Of a stretch of 64,000 nucleotides of DNA, positions 30,935 through 40,653 are shown in pieces. Source of the stretch: Myxococcota bacterium. GTDB lineage: Bacteria > Myxococcota_A > Polyangia > Polyangiales > Sandaracinaceae. The stretch is taken from the NCBI GenBank assembly GCA_036149055.1, contig JAYZQJ010000017.1:1-64000 (forward strand). Reading direction: 5' to 3'. Below the pieces are notes generated by a model. It saw only the letters and a program-made list of their open reading frames with translations. It was not told the origin of the DNA and searched no databases. Both the position numbers and the translations under genes were made by a program. How positions within the stretch are numbered: position 1 is the stretch's first letter; each line of letters starts with the position of its first letter.

Positions 30935-31232
30935 CTCTCGCAAAGGCGCGAAGCCGCAAAGGGGCTTGGCGGGCGGCGACATGGGGGCTCGCCGGCGCTC
31001 GGACCGCTGCTCGTTCGGGGAGTCTGCTTGAATTCGAATTGTCTCTCGCAGAGGCGCAGAGGCGCAGAGATGGGGCGTTGGGGGTGGATTGCGGTCGTCG
31101 CGCTGGGCGCGCACTGGAGGATCCTCGCGGGCTCCGGCTCGGCGGCTCCGCGGGGCGACGCCAAGCGAGGTGCGCGCCCTCCCACGGGCCTGCTCGCCCT
31201 CTGCGCCTCTGCGCCTTCGCGCCTTTGCGCGA
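30935..31232. repeat. Octamer-based REP-like inverted repeat element
   Basis: CTCTCGCAAAGGCGCGAAGCCGCAAAG (30935), CTCTCGCAGAGGCGCAGAGGCGCAGAG (31043), inverted CTCTGCGCCTCTGCGCCTTCGCGCCTTTGCGCGA (31199-31232). Confidence 0.75.
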
Positions 31233-31303
31233 AATTATCTGTCACCCGATCGACCCGGAGCGAGTGAGGGTCGGGGACGATCTTCCCCATTTCCCCATCG
31301 CGG

Positions 31304-32449
31304 TCAGGACTCGGAGTCGGACGAGGACTCGGTCGCGGGCTCGGCCTCGGCCTCGGCCTCGGGCTCGGGCTCGGACTCGGTCGCGGGCTCGGGGGCGGAG
31401 TCGGGCTCGGGCTCGGGCTCGGGGGCGGAGTCGGAGGGGGCTTCGGCTTCGGAGGCGGAGCTGCGGAGCTCTCTCCACATCTCGAGCATGCCCTCGAGCT
31501 GGTCGGTCGAGGCCTGGGCCACCAGGCGCAGCTCGGCGCCTCGGACGCTCATGCGGATGGCGCGGAGGACGCGGCCGACGACGGTGAAGCCGGCGCCGGG
31601 GGTCTCGAGGGCTCCGTCGATGCGGGCCTGGATGGCGTCGCGGAGGCGCTCGGCGTCGGCGGCGGTGGCCGTGCGGAGGGCGGCGCTGAGGGTCAGGCCG
31701 TCGCGCACGCCGACGCCGATGGCCAGGGCGCGCACGGTGGCGAGGACCGCGAGGTCGCCCTCGGCGCCGCGGGCGGCGCGGCGGAGGGTCGGGAGCCAGC
31801 GCTCGGGGAGCTCGCCGGCGAGCACCACGTCGCGTCCGGCGGCGACCTCGGCCCAGAGGGCGCCGAGGGTGCCGGTCGCGCGGGCCGAGGACGCGGCGCC
31901 GCGGTGGACGCGGATCGCTTGCGACACGCTCTCGCGATCGCCGCCGACCACGCCGTCGGCGCCGAGGAAGGCGGCGTGGCTCTCGCCGTGGGCCGAGGCG
32001 ATCGCCGTCTCGCCCTCGATCTCGACCGGCTCGACCCCGCCGCCGCGCTCGTTCAGCACCGCCTCGACGCAGCGGACGAGCTGCTCGCGGCGGGATCGGC
32101 CGCGCGCCACCTCGCCCCGGGCGACGAAGCCGGCGTACTCGAACGGGTCCTCGTCGGGGCCGCTCGCGAAGATCACCACGTCGTCGACCAGGGCGAGCGG
32201 GTCGTAGCCGCAGACGCGCTCGATGCGGCGGGCGCCGGTCGCCTCCTCCTGGTCCATCGCCAGCCGCCAGATCGCGGAGTCGAGCAGCGCGTCGACGTCC
32301 ACGCGGGCGACGACCCGGGCGTCCGCCGGCGCCACCGCGAGCGGATCGGCGGGCACGTCGTCTTCGCCCACCAGGCTCATCGCGATCCCGCCGCCGAGGA
32401 TCACGACGGCGGTCAGCACCAGCCAGCGGGAGCGACGCCAGAGCTCCAT
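31304..32449 (-). CDS. Membrane-anchored hypothetical protein with acidic repeat tail
   Basis: N-terminal TM; C-terminal PEPEPEPDS/AEAEAE tract. Confidence 0.7.
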   Translation of the reverse strand: MELWRRSRWLVLTAVVILGGGIAMSLVGEDDVPADPLAVAPADARVVARVDVDALLDSAIWRLAMDQEEATGARRIERVCGYDPLALVDDVVIFASGPDEDPFEYAGFVARGEVARGRSRREQLVRCVEAVLNERGGGVEPVEIEGETAIASAHGESHAAFLGADGVVGGDRESVSQAIRVHRGAASSARATGTLGALWAEVAAGRDVVLAGELPERWLPTLRRAARGAEGDLAVLATVRALAIGVGVRDGLTLSAALRTATAADAERLRDAIQARIDGALETPGAGFTVVGRVLRAIRMSVRGAELRLVAQASTDQLEGMLEMWRELRSSASEAEAPSDSAPEPEPEPDSAPEPATESEPEPEAEAEAEPATESSSDSES

Positions 32450-32450
32450 G

Positions 32451-33674
32451 TCAGGCCCGGCCGCGCAGCGCGCGGAGGAAGGCGTCGGCCTGCTCGAGGG
32501 GCACGCGGGTCAGCCGTAGCGGCCGCCGGGCGCGCGCGCTCAGGTCCATCGTGACCCGGCCGCGAGCGCCGGGGACGAGCACGTCGAGCGCGAGGTCGAG
32601 CGCGGCCCCGCCGAGGATGAGCCCCGCGGCCACCAGCAGGAGGATCAGCTCGCCGCTCCGGGCGCCGTCGAAGAGCACCACGCCGCCGAGCAGGACCCCG
32701 ACCGCGAGCGCGACCACGCCCACCAGCAGATGCAGCGCCGGGTAGCGGACCCGCCGCCCCGCGCCCTCGAGCGCGTCGAGGCGCCAGCGCTCCTCGCCGT
32801 CCCGGACCACCCGGCCGAGCATCGAGATCTCGGTGCGCACGGTGACCGCGCCGCCGCTCAGCTCCAGCGCGGCGCTCCGACGCACCCCGAGCAAGAACCC
32901 GAGCCCGCGGACCAGCCAGGTGAGGAGCGCCCAGCCGCTGACCCAGCGCAGCACCTCCACCGCCGAGCCCCGCGGGGCGCGGCCGAGCGCGCCCTCCACC
33001 CGGGTCGGGCCGACGCTCAGCTCGTCCGCGCCGTCGCCCGCGAGGGTGCTGGCGAGGAGCCGCGTCGGCTCGTCGAGCGCGGCCGAGCGGATGACGTCGC
33101 GCAGGGCGTCCTTGGCCGCGGCGGAGCTGGAGTCCGAGAGCGCGGTGAGCCGACCGGCGTTCCGGGCCCGGACCTCGGGGCGCTCGCCGTCGCGGCCGGC
33201 CGCCTCGTCCACCACCGCCTGCGCGACCTCGGCCCACACCTCCGCCGCGCGCGCCTCGTCGAGGAGCCGGTCGACGAACGGGTAGACCGCGTAGTCGGTG
33301 CCGAGCTCCAGCCAGTCGGCGTGCCGGACGAAGCGCCAGACCCGCTCCTTCCGGTCGGCGCCCTCCGTCCGGCCGAGGCCGGCCACCGCGAAGGCGGCCA
33401 CGAGGGCGCGCTCCAGCGCCGAGTCCGGGCCCCGCTCCAGGATCGACAGGAGGTTGCCGGCCTCGGTGGCCGCGCCCTCCCGGGTGACCGAGTGCGCCTC
33501 GGCCCGCGCGGACACGAGCTTCTCACCCGCGTAGAAGGTGCGCCCCTCGGCCTGACGCGAGAGGAGATCGAACGCGAGCGCCGCGAGGGGGGCCTGGGCC
33601 TCCCCCGCCTCGCGCACGGCGGCGACCGCGCGCTCCACGTCGCTCGCCCGGACCGGCTGTGCCTCGCTCGCCAT
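32451..33674 (-). CDS. Hypothetical membrane protein
   Basis: Helical N-terminal domain, C-terminal TMs; ends 1 nt before next start. Confidence 0.7.
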   Translation of the reverse strand: MASEAQPVRASDVERAVAAVREAGEAQAPLAALAFDLLSRQAEGRTFYAGEKLVSARAEAHSVTREGAATEAGNLLSILERGPDSALERALVAAFAVAGLGRTEGADRKERVWRFVRHADWLELGTDYAVYPFVDRLLDEARAAEVWAEVAQAVVDEAAGRDGERPEVRARNAGRLTALSDSSSAAAKDALRDVIRSAALDEPTRLLASTLAGDGADELSVGPTRVEGALGRAPRGSAVEVLRWVSGWALLTWLVRGLGFLLGVRRSAALELSGGAVTVRTEISMLGRVVRDGEERWRLDALEGAGRRVRYPALHLLVGVVALAVGVLLGGVVLFDGARSGELILLLVAAGLILGGAALDLALDVLVPGARGRVTMDLSARARRPLRLTRVPLEQADAFLRALRGRA

Positions 33675-33713
33675 GGGCGGCGGAAGATAGCAGAGCCGGC
33701 CCGAGGGCCAACG

Positions 33714-34679
33714 TCAGCGCATCTCGACGCCGTACGCGACCCGGGCGATGTCGTAGACGTCGCCCGGCACGTTCACCGTCACGGAGAGAGTACCGGCGGC
33801 GGCGCTCGCCGAGGCCACGTCCAGCGTCAGGAGGTGATCGGCGCCGGGGGCGAGCGTGATCGTCCCGGTGGCGAGGGCGACCCCGTTCACCGTCAGGTCG
33901 TCGACACTCCCCGCGGTCCAGTCGAGCGTGCGCGTCTCCGCGCCGTGGTTGACGATCCGGTGCGTCAGCCGATGCGGGCGCCCGACCTCGCCCAGGCTCG
34001 CGTGGTCGAGCCCGATCGAGAACGGGTTGGCCTCGAGCCGGAGCTCGATCTCGCCGGGGGTCAGCGTCGAGCGAGGGCCGTTGATCCAGGTCTCCTGCGG
34101 CGCGCTCGACCACCCGTCTCCGACCTCGTCGATCGGCGTGAACCGGAGCCCCAGGGCGGTCGCCGCCACGGCTCCGATCAGGTCGGGGTAGCTCGCGGTG
34201 AGGGTCACCTCGGTCTCCGTCTCCCCGCGCGCGACGCGCATGGTCAGCTCCTGCGGCGGGTGGTGCATCGTCCCAGCGTGTGTGATGGGAGTGAACGCCC
34301 ATCGCGAGCCGGACGGATGAGTGAGCCGCCACCGGGCCTCGAGGCGATTCAGCCCCAACGGCTCCACGCCCAGGTGGCGCAGCGACACCCCGGCCCAGGG
34401 GATCGTGCGGCCCTCGACCGGCTCGGGCGCGACTCCTCCATCGGGGCCGGAGTCGGGGCCGGAGTCGGGGCCGGAGTCGGGCGGGGGCGCGCCGGAGTCG
34501 AGCCCCGGGTCCATCGGCACGGCGCAGTCGACCGGGGGCGGCGGAGGAGGCGGCGGAGGAGGAGGAGGCACGGACACGTCCGGGTGCCCGACGCCGGCGT
34601 CCTCGGGGTCGGGGCAGTGGCTCTGGTTGCAGGCGGCGGCGATCATCGCCGCGAGCGCGCACGTCGCGATTCGAAGCAT
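33714..34679 (-). CDS. Lipoprotein with poly-Pro/PDSG linker and beta-rich domains
   Basis: Start MLRIATC (SD GGAGG), lipobox AAAC, Pro11 run, PDSG x4. Confidence 0.65.
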   Translation of the reverse strand: MLRIATCALAAMIAAACNQSHCPDPEDAGVGHPDVSVPPPPPPPPPPPPVDCAVPMDPGLDSGAPPPDSGPDSGPDSGPDGGVAPEPVEGRTIPWAGVSLRHLGVEPLGLNRLEARWRLTHPSGSRWAFTPITHAGTMHHPPQELTMRVARGETETEVTLTASYPDLIGAVAATALGLRFTPIDEVGDGWSSAPQETWINGPRSTLTPGEIELRLEANPFSIGLDHASLGEVGRPHRLTHRIVNHGAETRTLDWTAGSVDDLTVNGVALATGTITLAPGADHLLTLDVASASAAAGTLSVTVNVPGDVYDIARVAYGVEMR

Positions 34680-34792
34680 GGTTCCTCCAGCCACCGCGAG
34701 AACGCAAGACATGCGCCACCGAGGTTTGCAGCGCCGGAGCGCGCGGAGGTGCCGCAGAACGTCAACTCCTCGCGCTGCGGTGACGAGATGCG

Positions 34793-35581
34793 TCAGTCGG
34801 AGAGCGGCTCGACGGCGTCTCCGACCCGCAAGGTTCCGCTCCCATCGTGCACGCAGTTCTGCCCGAAGTAGACGCTGCGATCCCGCTTGCGGATGTTGGC
34901 GAGCGCGGAGAGATGGTCCCGGGTCGACTCTCCGCGGTCCGGATCGACGTCGATCACCGCGCAGCGCGCGCAAGCCTTCGTGCCGTGGAAGGTCACCGGG
35001 CCGATGCGGAAGCGCCCCCAGTCGTCCTCCGCAAAAGCCGACGCGCCCTCCACCACGAGGTTCGGTCGGAAGCGGCGCACGTCCGCCTCGGCGCCGAGCG
35101 CGCCGGCGAACGCCGCGAGGCTGCCGTCGCTCACCACCAGGAACGGGAAGCCGTCGGCGAAGGACACGAGGTCGCCCTCGCGCGCGTGCTCGAGGTCCAC
35201 CTGCCGCCGAGTCCGGCGGGGCATGCGCACCAGCCGGACCTCTTGCCCGAGCGCGTCCGAGAGGAAGCGAGCCGGCTCGTCCCCCGCGTCGACCGCCTCG
35301 ACGTCGTCCTCCCACACGGTGACCGAGAGGGGCGGCCCCTCGACCTCGCGGGAGATCCGCACCGAGGCCTCGCCGTGCGCGATCACGAGCTCCCCGTCCT
35401 CCACGTGCGGCGCGAGGAGCGCCATCCGGGGCAGCGTGCGCTGGGTGAGGAAGTGCCCGCTCGGCTTCACGACCATGAAGCGGCGGTCGTGCACGAGGCC
35501 GCGGTCGTCGACCTCGGCCGCGTCGACCTGGACGCCGGCGAGGCTCTTGACGGGGTAGACCCAGATCTGTCCGAGGCGCAC
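34793..35581 (-). CDS. MOSC domain protein (YcbX/mARC-like)
   Basis: IWVYPVKS, DRRFMV, FADGFP, RRFRPNLVV, FAEDDW, CARC, FGQN. Confidence 0.92.
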   Translation of the reverse strand: MRLGQIWVYPVKSLAGVQVDAAEVDDRGLVHDRRFMVVKPSGHFLTQRTLPRMALLAPHVEDGELVIAHGEASVRISREVEGPPLSVTVWEDDVEAVDAGDEPARFLSDALGQEVRLVRMPRRTRRQVDLEHAREGDLVSFADGFPFLVVSDGSLAAFAGALGAEADVRRFRPNLVVEGASAFAEDDWGRFRIGPVTFHGTKACARCAVIDVDPDRGESTRDHLSALANIRKRDRSVYFGQNCVHDGSGTLRVGDAVEPLSD

Positions 35582-35613
35582 GCCGCGAGCATGAGCCCCG
35601 GCCGGCCCCGCGT

Positions 35614-36693
35614 CTACAGCCCCAGCTTCTCGCGGAGCGCGGCGAGCTCCTCGTCGACGCTCGGATCCCGCTCCGGCTCGTCCGCCCGGGGCGCGGCGGG
35701 CTGGTCCGGATCGCCGAGGCGCTCGAAGCCCACCGGGAGCCCGGTCGGGCGCGCGCCCTCGAGCTCGCCCCGCGCGAGCCCCTGCACGATCTCGGCGGCC
35801 CGCGCCGCGCCCTGAGCCGCCTCGAGGCCGAGGGAGGCCTCCCGGCCCTGGGTCAGCGCCTCGTCGGCGAGCGCCGCGTCGAGGGTGACGGCGAGGGTCG
35901 CGGTGGAGTCGGCGAAGCGCGCGAGCTCGGCCTCCTCGATCACGTGGGCGAGCCGCAGCTCGCTCCGGCGCGGCGGCACGAAGATCAGCGCGGCCCCGGT
36001 CGCCATCCCTCGGATCGTCTCGGCGCCGCCGACCCGGCCGAGCACCGCGTCGGCGATCTGGTAGGCGTCGAGCGCGTCCGCTCCGTCGGCGAACATCATC
36101 GCGTCGAGCCCGTAGCCGGGCACCTGCTGGCGGAGCCGCCGGGCGAGCTCGGGATCGCTGCCGACGTCGAAGAGCCAGCGCACGTCCTCGCGCACGAGCG
36201 AGAGCTGCACGAGCCCGGGCGCGAGGTCGCCCTGCTCGAGCGCGTGCCCCCGCACCACCACGCAGCGCCCCTCGACCTCGCGGGCCGCGCGCAGCGCGTC
36301 GCGATCCTCGGCCGGGCTCCACCCGTCGGGCGCGATCGGCCCCGCCACCCGCACCCGATCCCGGCGCGCCCCGAGCGCGATCACCTCCGGCACGAGCGCC
36401 TCGTGCGGCACGATGACGAGGTCGGCGTCGAGCTCGCCGCGCCACTCCGAGCGCAGGAACGGCAGCACCGCCACCCGCAGCGGGACCCTCGCCTCGGCCG
36501 CCCGCTCCAGCGACCCGGCGTCCAGCGCGACCGCCACCCGGGCGTCCTCGAGCGACGTGGTCTCGGGCACCGGCAGCGCGATCCCGCTGCCCTCCGCCTC
36601 GCCCTCGTCGCCCTCACCCAGCGCTCGCTCGAGCGCGGCCGCGATCCCTCGCCGGGCGGCCCCGGCGTCAGCGTCGTAGAGAACTTTGATCAC
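35614..36693 (-). CDS. Divergent GT-B (UgtP/MGDG synthase-like) protein
   Basis: GTG overlapping the AI-2E stop; DLVIVPHE..GARRDRVRVAGPI, ADAVLGRVGGAETIRGMATGAALIFV resemble GT28-like motifs. Confidence 0.55.
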   Translation of the reverse strand: MIKVLYDADAGAARRGIAAALERALGEGDEGEAEGSGIALPVPETTSLEDARVAVALDAGSLERAAEARVPLRVAVLPFLRSEWRGELDADLVIVPHEALVPEVIALGARRDRVRVAGPIAPDGWSPAEDRDALRAAREVEGRCVVVRGHALEQGDLAPGLVQLSLVREDVRWLFDVGSDPELARRLRQQVPGYGLDAMMFADGADALDAYQIADAVLGRVGGAETIRGMATGAALIFVPPRRSELRLAHVIEEAELARFADSTATLAVTLDAALADEALTQGREASLGLEAAQGAARAAEIVQGLARGELEGARPTGLPVGFERLGDPDQPAAPRADEPERDPSVDEELAALREKLGL

Positions 36694-38141
36694 GAATGCC
36701 CCTGCCCACTTCCCGTGCCCCTGCCCGTGCCCGTGCCCATGCCCGCGAGCTCCGATTCTGATTCCGATTCCGGTTCTGCGTCCGAGACCGAATCCGAGAC
36801 CGACTCCGAATCCGAGACCGAATCCGAATCCGAGACCGAATCCGAATCCGGGACCGAATCCGAGACCGATTCCGAGCCCGCGACCGGCTCCGATTCCGAG
36901 CCCGCGACCGGCTCCGAGACCGACTCCACCTCCGGCGCGACCTCGTCCAGATCCTCCCCCGCCGTGGCCCTCGCCTTGGCGGCGGCCATCTCCGCCGAGT
37001 CCGGCAGCCCCTCCTCGGCGAGCATGCCGGAGAGGGGGCGACCGGGGTGCAAGTAGAGGTGACTCTTGCGGTACCAGGCGAGCAGGCGCATCACGAAGAT
37101 CTTCGCCACCGCGGCCGCCGGGACCGAGAGGAGCACGCCGAGGAAGCCGAAGAGCTCGCCGCCGACCATGAGCGCGATGAGCACCCAGATCGCCGGGAGA
37201 CCGACCTTGTCGCCGACGATGCGGGGCGTGATCACGAAGCCCTCGAGCACCTGGATGATCGTGTACGCGGCCACCACGCCGATGATCTGACCCCAGCCCT
37301 GCCAGCTGAGGAGGCACATCAGCAGGGCCAGGACGAGCGCGGTGGCGCCGCCCACGTAGGGGATGAACGAGACCAGGCCGGCGACGATGCCGATCGGGAT
37401 CGCGAGGCGCACCCCGGCGATGGAGTAGGCGACCGCGTAGAGCACCGCGAGGGCCAGCATCACCAGCACCTGCCCGCGGATGAACTGGCCGAGGACCTCG
37501 TCGACCTCGCGGGCCACGTCGACCACGAACGGGCGGTAGCGGAGCGGCACCAGGTCCCGGATGCCCGCGGTCATGCGGTCGAAGTCGTGGAGCAGATAGA
37601 AGGCGATCACCGGCACGATGAGCAGGCTCGTCACCACCGCCAGGAGCGAGGTCGTGCGGCCCCAGATCCAGCCCGCGATCGTGCCCATCACCGTGGCCGC
37701 GCGCCCGGCGAGATCGGTCGGCGCCAGATCGCCGCCCTCGCCGCCGTCCTCCACCAGCGCGCGGAGGTCGTCGAACGAGTGCGGCACCTCCACGCCGTAG
37801 GTGGCGAGCCACGGCTCCACCGTGCGGCGGATCCCCTCGAGCTTCTCGGGCAGCTCGCTCGCGAAGAGCGCCACCTCCCGGACCACCATCGGAACGAGCA
37901 CCAGCGCGCCCAGCGTCATCGCGCCGAGGGTCAGCGCCAGGAGGATCACGATGCCGACCGCGCGGGGCAGGCCTCGCTCCTCGAAGCGATCCACCAGCGG
38001 ATCGAGCAGGTAGGCGATGAGGAACGCGAAGAAGATCGGCGTGAGCACGCCGCGGAGCGCGTAGACCGCGAGCCCCACCCCGGCGATCGCGATCAGCGCG
38101 AGCAGCCAGCGCGGGAACCGGACCCCCTCGGAAGACGCCAC
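36690..38141 (-). CDS. AI-2E family transporter
   Basis: PIFFAFLIAYLLDPLV, FYLLHD, FIRGQ, FIPYVG, QVLEGFVITPRIVG, FGFLGVLLSVP; start uncertain (38141 or 38156). Confidence 0.92.
   Translation of the reverse strand: MASSEGVRFPRWLLALIAIAGVGLAVYALRGVLTPIFFAFLIAYLLDPLVDRFEERGLPRAVGIVILLALTLGAMTLGALVLVPMVVREVALFASELPEKLEGIRRTVEPWLATYGVEVPHSFDDLRALVEDGGEGGDLAPTDLAGRAATVMGTIAGWIWGRTTSLLAVVTSLLIVPVIAFYLLHDFDRMTAGIRDLVPLRYRPFVVDVAREVDEVLGQFIRGQVLVMLALAVLYAVAYSIAGVRLAIPIGIVAGLVSFIPYVGGATALVLALLMCLLSWQGWGQIIGVVAAYTIIQVLEGFVITPRIVGDKVGLPAIWVLIALMVGGELFGFLGVLLSVPAAAVAKIFVMRLLAWYRKSHLYLHPGRPLSGMLAEEGLPDSAEMAAAKARATAGEDLDEVAPEVESVSEPVAGSESEPVAGSESVSDSVPDSDSVSDSDSVSDSESVSDSVSDAEPESESESELAGMGTGTGRGTGSGQGHS
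36700..36930. repeat. Hexamer repeat tracts (CCCGTG, TCCGAN) in the 3' end of the AI-2E gene
   Basis: Encodes SDSVSDSESESE..GTGTGRGTGSG tail. Confidence 0.8.
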
Positions 38142-38231
38142 GAGGTCTTCTAACACGTGACGCGAGCGCATCTTCACGCTTCGCGGCCGCCGCCGTACCA
38201 GGTACCCTCCGACGGGAAAAGTGCGGGGCCC

Positions 38232-39755
<1,524 letters not shown>

Positions 39756-39787
39756 GCCGCGAAAACACCTCATGATGTGCGCGTGGG

Positions 39788-40516
39788 GTGAAGGCGAAAC
39801 AGAGGTGGCCGGAGGAGGGGCGCCTCACCCGGCGTGAGCCCGTGGGCGACGAGGAGCTCGCGGCGCTGGGCGCGGTCGTGCTCGGCGGCGCCCTCGGGGT
39901 GCCGGGCATGCTCGCCGCCGGGCCGGTCGGCGCTCTGGTCGGCCTCGCGGCCGCGGCGAGCGCCTTCGGCTACGCGGAGGTGAAGCGCTGGCTGCACCGG
40001 GACGGCGCCCGGACCTTCGCCATGCGCCGCCGCATCCGCGCGCTGGGCGGGCCGGCGCCGATCGGGCGCGCGCAGCCGGGCCTGCGCCGGGTCGAGGGCC
40101 GGGTGAAGATCCTCGAGCCCGCGCACCTCGACGGACCCTGCGCCGCGTGGTGGGCCCGCCGCGTGGAGATCGAGCGCCGCTTCGACGGCCTGAGCCGCTC
40201 GGGCCGCCCGGTGCACGTCTTCGAGGAGCGCCAGGGCTGCGGCAACCTCGCCATCGTCGACGAGACCGGCGTGGCGCTCGTCGTCGGCTCCCGGGCCACC
40301 CTCTGGTGCGAGTCGGCGTTCGCGAGCTTCGGCCCGGGCGGCGGCATCCTCCGGCTCGACGAGGGCGATCGCGTCGAGGTCGTCGGGCTGGCGCGCCGCG
40401 GCGAGAGCCAGCGCGCGAGCGACGACGCCCCGAGCGGCTACCGGCACGCGGCGAAGTGCCTGCTCTTCGATCAGTCGCCGCTGCTGATCTTGCGCGAGCC
40501 GCGCCGGGTGCGCTGA
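39788..40516 (+). CDS. Hypothetical membrane protein (GIDE-like)
   Basis: N-terminal TMs; VEGRV..IVDETGVALV..LDEGDRVEVVG..GYR; start uncertain. Confidence 0.55.
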   Translation: MKAKQRWPEEGRLTRREPVGDEELAALGAVVLGGALGVPGMLAAGPVGALVGLAAAASAFGYAEVKRWLHRDGARTFAMRRRIRALGGPAPIGRAQPGLRRVEGRVKILEPAHLDGPCAAWWARRVEIERRFDGLSRSGRPVHVFEERQGCGNLAIVDETGVALVVGSRATLWCESAFASFGPGGGILRLDEGDRVEVVGLARRGESQRASDDAPSGYRHAAKCLLFDQSPLLILREPRRVR

Positions 40517-40653
40517 TCGCGGACGAGGTCGCTCGCCTTCACGTCGGGCTTCTGCAGCACGCGCGGCTTCTTGCGCCGGCCGGCCATCTTCCAGACCAGG
40601 TACGCGACCGCCGCCAGCCACACGAGCCCCGCGGCGACGACCTGCCAGCTCAT
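40471..40653 (-). CDS. Small FeoB-associated membrane protein
   Basis: ATGA overlap with the feoB stop; one TM plus basic tail, 60 aa. Confidence 0.6.
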   Translation of the reverse strand: MSWQVVAAGLVWLAAVAYLVWKMAGRRKKPRVLQKPDVKASDLVRDQRTRRGSRKISSGD

